Positions 8,370-16,934 of a stretch of 24,000 nt of DNA are shown here, one piece after another. The position numbers and the translations under genes are program-made. A model generated the notes under the pieces. It ran no database searches and was not told the origin of the DNA. It saw only the letters and a list, made by a program, of their open reading frames with translations. The stretch is from positions 570,866 through 594,865 of the forward strand of contig CAWIHS010000001.1 in NCBI GenBank assembly GCA_963836005.1, written 5' to 3'. Numbering within the stretch: position 1 is the first letter of the stretch; the number at the start of each line of letters is the position of its first letter. The stretch comes from an uncultured Gammaproteobacteria bacterium (GTDB lineage: Bacteria > Pseudomonadota > Gammaproteobacteria > GRL18).

Positions 8370-8654
8370 AAAATACAGATATAATTCCGTTGGTCACTTT
8401 TGTTTTAGCCTTATCCACATGTCCACAGGTCTGCCCGACCGCAGAGACCTTCAGGTTTATCTCGCAGGGAATAGCCTGGCCTGTGGGTATGTGAATAAAG
8501 CAGTGTTGCAATTCAATCTCACTTTTTAACAGTTTTTGGGTAAAATGACCCACTCATTCTTCAGAAGACCCTGTTTTTTAGTGTTTGATCGGCTCGCCTG
8601 GATAGTGCTTTTTCTACAGATTGTACTTTAAATTGCTGGGTAGATCTTGCCATT
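8370..8654 (-). pseudogene. Possible decayed IS3-family transposase OrfA (HTH) remnant
   Basis: A minus-strand ATG at 8654 is preceded by aggagacaaaa. It gives MARSTQQFKVQSVEKALSRRADQTLKNRVF followed by a stop. After a frame change the reading continues VGHFTQKLLKSEIE. This resembles IS3 OrfA N-termini (xFSxEFKxxAVxxAL ... GVHPTQLYKW). The reading is interrupted by stops and a frameshift, and the tail runs into the TIR of element A. Confidence 0.3.
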
Positions 8655-8889
8655 TTTGTCTCCTAAAACTAAATTTTTCAGGCGACAGGTATGTTGACAT
8701 AGGGGGCTATTGAGATTTTTCTTTGATTTCTGAATTTAACTCAAGACACAAAACCCCATTTATCGACTATGATAAAATGGATTTTTGTGTTCATAATACC
8801 CATATGAATTCATCATTTCCAAAATAGACTCTTATTGAACCATTCGAGTCTTGTTAACTTAAACTGAATGGAACCAGAGCAATAAAATC

Positions 8890-10176
8890 ATGCAAGATAA
8901 ACTGACTCAACTCCATGATCGAGAAACGTTTTTTAAATTGTTAGCCAGACACATTGTCTCTGTTCACGATCATAAGGTTAAACTTGCCCTGCTTATTGTT
9001 GATATTAACCGCTTCGAACGCATTAACAGGCTGCATGACTACCCTGTGGGTGATCTTGTTTTAAAGCAATTTAGCAAATTACTGCTAAATGTAAAAAGAG
9101 AACAGGACTATCTTGCCCGTATTGGCGACAACCGTTTCGCACTCATTCTGATCAATATCATGAACACCGGACATGCAAATCTGGCAGCGCAAAAAATCTT
9201 ACGCCTGTTACAGGTACCCTTTGATATTGATACAGACAAAATATTAGTTGAAGCGACGATTGGTATCAGTTTGTGCCCCCTGCATGCGTCCAAAACTACA
9301 GCTCTACTTAAAGCCGCTGAGGCTGCACTTGAATCAGCGAGAAAAAATAAACAGTTAATTGGTATTTCTGAAATCGCCGAAGAAAGCCAGATCTCTGAAA
9401 CCTGGGATATAGAACTGGCCATAGATGAAGCATTACAAACCCAGCAGTTTTCTATTTATTATCAACCCAAGGTTTCTCTAGAAACCGGAAAACCGGTTGG
9501 TGCTGAGGCTCTGCTGCGTTGGGAACATCGCGGCAGAGGCTTTATTTCACCGGAGTTGTTCATCCCTATTGCGGAAAAGACCGGGCATATCAAACCTATT
9601 ACCGGCTGGATTTTAAACAGTGTATTGCGTCATAGCTCCAAATGGACCACCAAATGGGGGCAACTGTCTGTTTCTGCCAATATTCCTCCTGATTTGATTT
9701 TCCAGCTTGATTTAAAAGACTTCGTTAGTAACGCCATTAATTTATGGGGTAATGATAATGTGACCCTGGTGCTGGAGATCATTGAACGTTCCCTGGTAGA
9801 AGATACGCAGAAATGTTTTGCCATACTCCAAGAAATGCAAGCCATGGGGGTCAAGATATCTATCGATGACTTTGGCACGGGTTACTCGTCCCTGGCTTAT
9901 TTTAAATCCCTGCCAATCAATGAATTAAAAATCGATCAGTCCTTCGTTTTCGATTTGGTCAAAGACCAGGCGCATGAGAATCTGGTACGTCTGATAATCG
10001 ATCTGGCACACAGTTTTGAACTGCAGACAGTAGCCGAAGGGGTTGAAGATCAGCCAACATTGAATGCATTAAAATCCATGGGCTGCAATATGGTGCAGGG
10101 TTATTTTATCGCCAGACCTATGCCGCATGAGGAATTTGAAAACTGGCTGGAAAATTATTCTGGTCTGACGGAGTGA
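8890..10176 (+). CDS. c-di-GMP phosphodiesterase: degenerate GGDEF domain plus intact EAL domain
   Basis: 428-aa ORF. The GGDEF-domain signature position reads ARIGDNRFAL (GDNRF instead of GGDEF). The EAL-domain motifs are intact: GAEALLRW, SANIP, LEIIE, DDFGTGYSSL, KIDQSFV, EGVEDQ, QGYFIARP. Confidence 0.9.
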   Translation: MQDKLTQLHDRETFFKLLARHIVSVHDHKVKLALLIVDINRFERINRLHDYPVGDLVLKQFSKLLLNVKREQDYLARIGDNRFALILINIMNTGHANLAAQKILRLLQVPFDIDTDKILVEATIGISLCPLHASKTTALLKAAEAALESARKNKQLIGISEIAEESQISETWDIELAIDEALQTQQFSIYYQPKVSLETGKPVGAEALLRWEHRGRGFISPELFIPIAEKTGHIKPITGWILNSVLRHSSKWTTKWGQLSVSANIPPDLIFQLDLKDFVSNAINLWGNDNVTLVLEIIERSLVEDTQKCFAILQEMQAMGVKISIDDFGTGYSSLAYFKSLPINELKIDQSFVFDLVKDQAHENLVRLIIDLAHSFELQTVAEGVEDQPTLNALKSMGCNMVQGYFIARPMPHEEFENWLENYSGLTE

Positions 10177-10202
10177 ATACCGCCGTATTGAACAGGTGTA
10201 TG

Positions 10203-11453
10203 CTATAAAAAAAGCTCGTCGGTTTTAATTCCGTAAGCACCTGGCTCCAGTCCTCTGGCTACTTTCATACCGCTAACCTGAGAAAGATCGACCGTTTGAA
10301 AATCATCATACGGCTGTTTATTATTATCCAGTAATAACACCACGATTGGGTATAGACGTTTCAGATCATTGATTTCTGTGACTACACCGACCTCCCCCGT
10401 ATTCAGCTCAACCAGAGAACCGGTAGGATATAATCCCACCGTCTGAATGAACTGTTCTACCAGTTCTGCCTGAAACAGCTTACCACGTAAATTATAGAGT
10501 TCGGTAATAGCCTCATGAGGATTCAAGGTTTTTTCGCGATGCGCTTTTTGAGTGGTCATGGCATCATAACTGTCAACAATACCGGCAATACGGCCAAATA
10601 ATGGAATTTTATCGTTGCGAATACCCAGCTGATATCCTGAACCATCAGCACGCTCATGATGCGTAGCAACCATCTGTAATATCGAACGGTGAATATTGGC
10701 AGATTTTGCCAGTAATTTTACTCCCAGGGTGACATGACGCTTATAAATCTCCATATCTTCGGGAGTAAATTGACTGATTTTTTTGCTCACGCTTTCCGGA
10801 AGATCTATTTTACCCACATCCAGTAACATGCCCCCCAGAGCCAGGGCATTGATATCGCCAGCTTTCAAGCCAAGATGACGTCCAAACTGAGCACACCAGA
10901 CTGAAGTGCCCAGAGCATGTGAATAACTGTAATCATCTGATTTTCTTAATTGTACCAGCAGCATAAAAGCGGATGGATTACGGATAATACTATCGACCGT
11001 TGCCTTGATTCCTCGTTTCAGGGAAACAAGATCCAGTTTTTTACCCTTTTTAAGATCTTCAAAAACTGTACGGGTTCTTTCACTCACCTCATCGAAAATA
11101 ATGCTCGAAGTTTTTAATTCTTGCTGCAATTCAGTGGTCGTTTCATACACACATTGTCTATATCGGCTGTATTCATTTTCAGTATGTTCCCCCCGGTCAG
11201 GTACAGCGTCTCTGGACAAACTCATCTCGTCTTCATTGCCCACGGCCCAATAGCGGGTTTTTGGGGAAAGTCCCTGCTCTATATCTACATAGACATAACT
11301 ACTGTATTTGCTCAGTTTCTGTATATCCTCGGCAGATTCAATCATCATGCCTTCCATCAGATAAGGGGTTTCTATCCATGGGCGATCCAGGCGTGACACA
11401 AACATGCCAATTTCCAGACCTTTAATACTTGTTTTCACTTCCTTTATTGTCAT
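10203..11453 (-). CDS. HD-GYP family protein with a DUF3391-type N-terminal domain and a variant LD...GYQ signature
   Basis: The N-terminus (GMFVSRLDRPWIETPY..VYVDIEQG) is typical of HD-GYP proteins. The C-terminal domain has THHERADGSGYQLG and IVDSYDAMT. The track ORF opens at TTG 11459, and the first ATG is at 11453. Confidence 0.85.
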   Translation of the reverse strand: MTIKEVKTSIKGLEIGMFVSRLDRPWIETPYLMEGMMIESAEDIQKLSKYSSYVYVDIEQGLSPKTRYWAVGNEDEMSLSRDAVPDRGEHTENEYSRYRQCVYETTTELQQELKTSSIIFDEVSERTRTVFEDLKKGKKLDLVSLKRGIKATVDSIIRNPSAFMLLVQLRKSDDYSYSHALGTSVWCAQFGRHLGLKAGDINALALGGMLLDVGKIDLPESVSKKISQFTPEDMEIYKRHVTLGVKLLAKSANIHRSILQMVATHHERADGSGYQLGIRNDKIPLFGRIAGIVDSYDAMTTQKAHREKTLNPHEAITELYNLRGKLFQAELVEQFIQTVGLYPTGSLVELNTGEVGVVTEINDLKRLYPIVVLLLDNNKQPYDDFQTVDLSQVSGMKVARGLEPGAYGIKTDELFL

Positions 11454-11504
11454 ATGCAAACTTGTGGCTGTTTTGAGAACATCCTGACAACGCCACCTCT
11501 GTTC

Positions 11505-11954
11505 CTACAGGGCTTTATAAACCCTATGTTTAGCTTTGATAAATTCATGATGGGGTACATAAATCAGTTCAGCAATATGACGCACCATATGTTCTTCCAG
11601 AGGATCAAGATGAGCATCCACTAAAGCGATCTGCCATAAATATTCAATGATTTTTATTTTTTCTGCCTGGGTATAGTGCTGAGCAATTAAGCGGGTAAAC
11701 TGATGAGAATCAACCGCATTATCCAGTTCCTGCTGGGCAAGTTCAAATAACTTCAGTGTTTCATTCTCAGAGAGGTTAAAATTAAGCTTTAAAATCTGCC
11801 TGACGGTTTTTATTTCATCATCGCGAACATCGTCATCCTGCTGCATCATTTCAATCAATAATGCCGCAGTAGCCAATTTCAGCTGATGTTCTTTATCATC
11901 CGCCTGCTCTAAAGAGATGTTCTGCTGGAAATAATTTAATATAGTTTGCAACAT
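11505..11954 (-). CDS. TerB-family (tellurite-resistance-like) protein
   Basis: 149-aa ORF with the bipartite acidic-helix pattern of TerB-family proteins: LATAALLIEMMQQDDDVRDDEI....FTRLIAQHY..EKIKIIEYLWQIALVDAHLDPLEEHMVRHIAELIYV. Confidence 0.75.
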   Translation of the reverse strand: MLQTILNYFQQNISLEQADDKEHQLKLATAALLIEMMQQDDDVRDDEIKTVRQILKLNFNLSENETLKLFELAQQELDNAVDSHQFTRLIAQHYTQAEKIKIIEYLWQIALVDAHLDPLEEHMVRHIAELIYVPHHEFIKAKHRVYKAL

Positions 11955-11977
11955 AATGGCTCGCAGGTTAGTAAATC

Positions 11978-13201
11978 TCAGACAAATGAACTAAAAGCAT
12001 GAACAATGACCTTATCCCCCGCACTGACTGACTGGCTATGATGAGGCAAAAAAATAAAACAATTGCCTGAACTCATGGAACTCAGTACCCCAGAACCCTG
12101 TTTTCCCGTGCTGCGAACAATTAATCCTTGCTCTGCATCCTCTTGCAGTATACCGCGCTGAACTTCCGTTCGCCCGGACATTTTTCTCAAATCAAACACA
12201 CAGCTTGCCGTAAAGGCAGGCAGGACATAATCATGATTTCCCATAAGCAGTTTTATGGCCGTGCGCACAAAATACATAAAGGTCACCATAACAGCAACTG
12301 GATTACCCGGAAGACCGAAAAATACTGCCTGATTGATCTTTCCAAAAGTAAGTGGTCGTCCCGGTTTGAGATGCAGTTTACTAAAAAACATCTCCCCTTT
12401 GGCTACAAGGCCCTGCTTTATATAATCGGCATCACCGACAGAGACACCGCCGGAAGTGATCACCATATCTGCCTCAAGTGAAGCAGCCTCCAGCGTCTGC
12501 TGTATATCATTTTCGGTATCTGGAACCACTCCCAGATCAATCACTTCCGCATCCAGATTTTTTAACAGGCTGGAAATCGTGTAACGGTTACTGTCATAAA
12601 TCTGGCTGCCGTCAAGTGTCTCTCCGATGCTGCGTATTTCATCGCCGCTGGAAAAAACCGCCACTCGAAGACGCCGGCGGATCCTCAGGGAAGCAATACC
12701 CAATGAAGCGAGTACACCCATTTGGGCTGCGCCCAGAATGGTTCCGGCAGGCAGCACTATACTGTCCCTGGCAATATCCTCTCCGATATGGCGCACATTC
12801 TGTCCGCGCCGATTGGTATCATCAATAGCAATTGACTCGCCGTCAAGCTGAACTTTTTCCTGTTCAATAACAGTATCAGCGCCTTCAGGGACTTTTGCAC
12901 CCGTCATTATGCGTATACATTCACCTAACTCTATGCTCCCCGCAAAAGGATTTCCGGCATAAGCCGTGCCGGTAATTTTCAGGGTTTTGCTGCCGCTAAC
13001 AGGTAAATCATCACCTGCCAGAGCATAGCCATCCATGGCAGAATTTTTATATGCAGGCACATTCATTGGAGAAACCACTGCCTCGGCCAGGGTCCTGCCC
13101 AGAGCATTCGGCAGGATCACCGTTTGATAATTGTGCAGTGGTGTTATTCTCGCTGTGATCTGCGCAAGAGCTTCATCAACCGTTAGTATATCATTATTCA
13201 T
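11978..13201 (-). CDS. moeA: Molybdopterin molybdenum/tungsten insertase MoeA
   Basis: 407-aa ORF with the MoeA N-terminal pattern (LTVDEALAQI....SPMNVPAYKNSAMDGYAL) and the MoCF-binding core (VITSGGVSVGDADY, GLPGNPVA). It lies directly downstream of tupABC, so it is probably tungsten-dedicated. Confidence 0.9.
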   Translation of the reverse strand: MNNDILTVDEALAQITARITPLHNYQTVILPNALGRTLAEAVVSPMNVPAYKNSAMDGYALAGDDLPVSGSKTLKITGTAYAGNPFAGSIELGECIRIMTGAKVPEGADTVIEQEKVQLDGESIAIDDTNRRGQNVRHIGEDIARDSIVLPAGTILGAAQMGVLASLGIASLRIRRRLRVAVFSSGDEIRSIGETLDGSQIYDSNRYTISSLLKNLDAEVIDLGVVPDTENDIQQTLEAASLEADMVITSGGVSVGDADYIKQGLVAKGEMFFSKLHLKPGRPLTFGKINQAVFFGLPGNPVAVMVTFMYFVRTAIKLLMGNHDYVLPAFTASCVFDLRKMSGRTEVQRGILQEDAEQGLIVRSTGKQGSGVLSSMSSGNCFIFLPHHSQSVSAGDKVIVHAFSSFV

Positions 13202-13263
13202 TTATTACCTACCCTTACCCGCCTGTCAGCATTTTTGCTTAAGAACTGACCCGTAAACAGCTG

Positions 13264-13941
13264 TTAAATTGCTTTATGACTCATTTTCCCCTGATAAAGG
13301 TGCATATGCTGATTAAAATCCAGTTCACCTTTTTGAGGATCATGGCTGGTTACAATCACCCCGATATTATCATTTTTTAGTTGGTTGATCAGCTGGTACG
13401 TCTGTATTCTGGATTCTTTATCCATATTGGCAAAAGGTTCATCCAGTAAAATCAGCCTGGGAGAAATGATCCAGGAACGGGCTATAGCCACACGTTGTTT
13501 TTCACCCCCCGATAGTTCCCTGCTGTCACGATTAGCCAGATGTTCCAGTGATATGGACTTAAGCGCCTGTTCAACCCTGTGGTTAATTTCCTCTCTGGGT
13601 AATTTTTTCTGCCGTAAGCCATAGGCTATATTGTCAAACACCGTGCCATTAAACAGGTAAGGATGCTGATGCAAATAGCAGACATGTTGACGCAAATACT
13701 TTTTTGCCTTTGGCCAGGCACTGCTGAAGCCGTTACTGGATATCTGCGCCAGATCCGGTTTCAATAAACCGGCGATAATTCTTAACAACGTTGATTTACC
13801 AGAACCATTCTGCCCGGTCAGTAAGATAAAATCATCACTGTTTATTTGCAGATCAATATCAATCAGTACCCGGCAATGTTGACGCGCAATAGAAACATGA
13901 TGCATGCTAATCGACCAGTTATCATTTATATTCCTGTTCAT
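13264..13941 (-). CDS. tupC: Tungstate ABC transporter ATP-binding protein (TupC-like)
   Basis: Walker A is GQNGSGKST, the ABC signature is LSGGEKQR and Walker B is LILLDEP. The start overlaps the tupB stop by 4 bp (ATGA). Confidence 0.85.
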   Translation of the reverse strand: MNRNINDNWSISMHHVSIARQHCRVLIDIDLQINSDDFILLTGQNGSGKSTLLRIIAGLLKPDLAQISSNGFSSAWPKAKKYLRQHVCYLHQHPYLFNGTVFDNIAYGLRQKKLPREEINHRVEQALKSISLEHLANRDSRELSGGEKQRVAIARSWIISPRLILLDEPFANMDKESRIQTYQLINQLKNDNIGVIVTSHDPQKGELDFNQHMHLYQGKMSHKAI

Positions 13942-14639
13942 ATCGGCACATCCCCTTTACCCTGAAAATATCCAAGGGACAGATTTAGAATCAAAGCCAG
14001 TAACAGCAGTACCAGCCCCAGAGCAATTCCCTGGGCAAAGCTGCCTTTACTGGTTTCCAGAGCAATCGCAGTGGGTATATTGCGAGTGTAATTGAGGATA
14101 TTACCGCCGACCATCATGGAACTGCCCACTTCGGCAATCACACGGCCGAAACCTGCGATCAGCGCAGCCAGCAGGCCAAAACGCGCTTCTCTGATAACGG
14201 TTATTGCGGCTCTGAGTGGATGGGCACCGAGGGTAAGAGCCGTTTCCCAGGCGCGGCGATCGGATGTCTGCAACGCAGCATGACTCATGGCAACCAGTAA
14301 CGGAAAACTCAGTACCATTTGCCCCAGGATCATAGCCTGCTGGGTAAACAGTAATTTCAGTTCTCCCAGTGGGCCGGCTCGGGATAACAGCAGATATAAG
14401 GTCAAACCAACGACCACGGCTGGAATAGCAAGCGCCGTATTAAACAGAGAAATAAGCAATCTGCGGCCAGGAAACTGCTTATACGCCAGAACAAAGGCCA
14501 GCATCAGGGCTAACGGTGCAGCCATTAAAACAGCCCGGAAGGATACACTGAATGATATTGCAATGATCCGCCATAATTCAGTATCACCGGATACCAGCAG
14601 TCTGAGAGCCTGCAAACTGGCGGAGCTTAAGTCCTGCAT
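13938..14639 (-). CDS. tupB: Tungstate ABC transporter permease (TupB-like)
   Basis: 233-aa polytopic membrane ORF of the small anion-ABC permease type, sitting between the binding-protein and ATPase genes. Confidence 0.85.
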   Translation of the reverse strand: MQDLSSASLQALRLLVSGDTELWRIIAISFSVSFRAVLMAAPLALMLAFVLAYKQFPGRRLLISLFNTALAIPAVVVGLTLYLLLSRAGPLGELKLLFTQQAMILGQMVLSFPLLVAMSHAALQTSDRRAWETALTLGAHPLRAAITVIREARFGLLAALIAGFGRVIAEVGSSMMVGGNILNYTRNIPTAIALETSKGSFAQGIALGLVLLLLALILNLSLGYFQGKGDVPI

Positions 14640-14645
14640 ATAAAA

Positions 14646-15500
14646 TTATTGACAGGTGATGGGGAAGAATAATTGATTTCCCTTGATCTTGTATTCGCCG
14701 ATAAGCGTCTGAGCCTGATCAGAACAAACCCAGTCAATTAATTGAACTGCACCGGCATGGTTGATATCCGGATATTTTTCTGCCGATACAGCAATGATGC
14801 CGTAAGGATTATTCAGACCTTTATCACCTGCATAGAGCAATTTAAGCTCCAGTTTGTCCTGCATAGCCAGCCAGGTTCCTCTGTCCGTCAGAGTATAGGC
14901 CTGTAGTTCACTGGCCATCTGCAGTGCTTTTCCCATCCCCTGTCCAATTTCTCTGTACCATACACCTGAAGGTGAAATAGCTGCATTTTTCCACAGACCC
15001 ATTTCTTTTTTATACGTACCAGAATCATCGCCTCTGGATATAAATACCGCCTGATTGTTTTCAATCGCAGCCAGGGCTTCGGTGATTGACTTTGCCGATG
15101 CAACTTTTGCAGGATCGGTCGCAGGCCCTACTAAAACAAAATCATTAAACATAAACTGTTTGTAGTAATCCCCCTGTTTTTCAGCCATAAATTGATCTTC
15201 CGCTTTTTTTGCATGCACCATCACCACATCCGCATCACCATCACGACCCATTTTTAGCGCTTTGCCGGTACCTACAGCTACAACTTGCACCTCAATATCT
15301 GTCTGCTCAGTAAAAGCCGGCAGCAAACGATCCAGCAGTCCTGAATTTTGTGTACTGGTAGTGGTCGCCAGGCGTAATATGCTGCCAGACGTTTCTGCCA
15401 GGAGATTTCCGGACACTAGCAGCAGAGAAGAGAATAAGATGCAGATGATTAAGCGTTGAGATAGTTTTAAGCTGTGACAATAAGCTTTAAGCGAAGACAT
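14646..15500 (-). CDS. tupA: Periplasmic tungstate-binding protein (TupA-like)
   Basis: The signal peptide is ILFSSLLLVSGNLLA. The mature protein starts LRLATTTSTQNSGLLD and so contains the TTTS motif characteristic of TupA. The block VGTGKALKMGRDGDADVVMVHA is also present. Confidence 0.88.
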   Translation of the reverse strand: MSSLKAYCHSLKLSQRLIICILFSSLLLVSGNLLAETSGSILRLATTTSTQNSGLLDRLLPAFTEQTDIEVQVVAVGTGKALKMGRDGDADVVMVHAKKAEDQFMAEKQGDYYKQFMFNDFVLVGPATDPAKVASAKSITEALAAIENNQAVFISRGDDSGTYKKEMGLWKNAAISPSGVWYREIGQGMGKALQMASELQAYTLTDRGTWLAMQDKLELKLLYAGDKGLNNPYGIIAVSAEKYPDINHAGAVQLIDWVCSDQAQTLIGEYKIKGNQLFFPITCQ

Positions 15501-15569
15501 TTGAATTCCATGATAAATGATTATTTGTTGTAAGAAATAAATGGTGTGTTAATGTGTATCTATTAAAGT

Positions 15570-16352
15570 CTAGTTTAACTGGCCGCAAACTCTACATTGC
15601 GGATTAGGAGGCAATACCATGCTTTCCCATTGCATCGTTAATGCATCAAACAGCAGGACCCTGCCAATCAGCAATTCACCCGCCTGTATTATGAATTTTA
15701 CAACTTCTATCGCCTGCATACTACCAATAACACCGACCACCGGGCCAAGCACACCGGTATTGCTGCAGCTTTGATCAATGAGTTTGCCTTCCTCGTGGAA
15801 GCAGTGATAGCAGGGGCTGTGTTCAAGTCCTGGGTGAAAAACCGTGATCTGACCTTCCCAACGAATTGAAGCCGCTGAAACCAGGGGGATAGTGTGAGCG
15901 ACACAGGCTTTATTGATTTCAAATCGTGCCGTCAGATTATCCGTACAGTCTACCACTATATCGGCCTTTGCAACTTCATCAGAGAGCGCTGTACCGCTCA
16001 GAGCTGCTGCAATGGGAGTAATTTTAATATCACGATTAAGCTGCAGCATACTCTCCTGGCAGGAACTGACTTTAGCGGCACCCAGATCTTCTGAAGTATG
16101 TGCAATCTGGCGCTGCAGATTGCTGATTTCTACCTTGTCCGGATCAGCGAGTGTTAAATGGCCGACACCGCAGGCTGCAAGATAGAGTGCAACCGGTGAG
16201 CCCAGACCGCCTACACCAATGATCAGGACTCTGGAAGATAATAAAGCCTGCTGACCCGCAATATCGATCTGGGGCAGCATGATTTGCCGGCTATAACGCA
16301 GCAACTGTTCATCGTTCAGGTCGGCAAGCGCCTCTATGCTTTTTTCAGGCAA
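15570..16352 (-). CDS. moeB: MoeB/ThiF-type E1-like adenylyltransferase
   Basis: LLRYSRQIMLPQIDIAGQQALLSSRVLIIGVGGLGSP is the nucleotide-binding fold. Two Cys pairs are present (CYHC ... CRVCG). The track ORF extends to ATG 16421 but then overlaps the upstream gene by 68 nt. An in-frame TTG at 16352 lies 1 nt after that gene's TGA and follows aagggcggggga, so I prefer it. Confidence 0.85.
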   Translation of the reverse strand: MPEKSIEALADLNDEQLLRYSRQIMLPQIDIAGQQALLSSRVLIIGVGGLGSPVALYLAACGVGHLTLADPDKVEISNLQRQIAHTSEDLGAAKVSSCQESMLQLNRDIKITPIAAALSGTALSDEVAKADIVVDCTDNLTARFEINKACVAHTIPLVSAASIRWEGQITVFHPGLEHSPCYHCFHEEGKLIDQSCSNTGVLGPVVGVIGSMQAIEVVKFIIQAGELLIGRVLLFDALTMQWESMVLPPNPQCRVCGQLN

Positions 16353-16353
16353 A

Positions 16354-16653
16354 TCATCCCCCGCCCTTATGGTAATAGAGATCAAAACGCTGCATAAAAT
16401 TCTCCCTTGCAGCCGGCTCATAGTCGAAGAATTTAAACGTGACTCTCATAAAGGGGATAGCCAGTGAAGCCAGTTTTCTGACCTGTTCAGCTCCAAGCTC
16501 AATCACCAGCCGCCCGGCTTCATCATTAAGTTCAATACAGCCAGCCTGTATTTGATAAGGCTGTCCATTGGCAACCGCTGAAAAGTTACTTACAAATTCA
16601 TCCTGGGTATAACCCATTTCACGAACCAGTATCCATGGGGGCTGTGTAGTCAA
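16354..16653 (-). CDS. Hypothetical 99-aa protein ending ...YYHKGGG (family unassigned)
   Basis: The ORF is tightly packed: 6 bp after the MoaD-like gene, with its stop abutting the preferred MoeB start. The composition is protein-like and the protein ends in three glycines. I cannot assign a family from memory. Confidence 0.6.
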   Translation of the reverse strand: MTTQPPWILVREMGYTQDEFVSNFSAVANGQPYQIQAGCIELNDEAGRLVIELGAEQVRKLASLAIPFMRVTFKFFDYEPAARENFMQRFDLYYHKGGG

Positions 16654-16659
16654 TCGCTT

Positions 16660-16911
16660 TTATCCACCTGCAACTTCCGGCCAAAGGGCCAGGGTATCAC
16701 CTGCTTTTAAACGGATGCTATCTCGGTCCTGAGTACAGACAAAGACTCCATTGAGTATCACCAGATAGGCTTCATCCCGATCAATATGAAAATAATCAAT
16801 CACCTGATTCACGCTCATAGCATCCTTAATTTCAACTTCAGCTGCATTGCGCTGCGCGTGGGCAGGTAAATACTGAGACAGGGAGGCAAAGCATTTTAAA
16901 CAGATTTTCAT
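16660..16911 (-). CDS. MoaD/ThiS-family ubiquitin-like sulfur carrier (AorD-like)
   Basis: 83 aa ending LKAGDTLALWPEVAGG, with the diagnostic C-terminal Gly-Gly and the usual preceding pattern. It sits between the AOR flavoprotein gene and the E1-like gene. Confidence 0.8.
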   Translation of the reverse strand: MKICLKCFASLSQYLPAHAQRNAAEVEIKDAMSVNQVIDYFHIDRDEAYLVILNGVFVCTQDRDSIRLKAGDTLALWPEVAGG

Positions 16912-16934
16912 GTCACTGCTACCGAGGAAAATTA

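Noticed and set aside
8344-8553. A 69-aa minus-strand ORF as an intact gene
   Set aside because: It starts at GTG immediately after stops and has no RBS. Its last codons are encoded by the MITE terminal repeat. It is better explained as part of a decayed IS3-like fragment.
10177-10202. A bidirectional terminator between the convergent EAL and HD-GYP genes (aatac-cgcc-gtatt)
   Set aside because: The stem is only 5 bp and has no flanking U-runs, which is too weak to call.
16353-16421. A 23-codon N-terminal extension of the MoeB/ThiF ORF (ATG 16421) overlapping orf99 by 68 nt
   Set aside because: The extension (MSRLQGRILCSVLISITIRAGDD) has no counterpart in MoeB proteins. The in-frame TTG at 16352 gives a typical N-terminus (..LNDEQLLRYSRQIML) and classic stop/start coupling.
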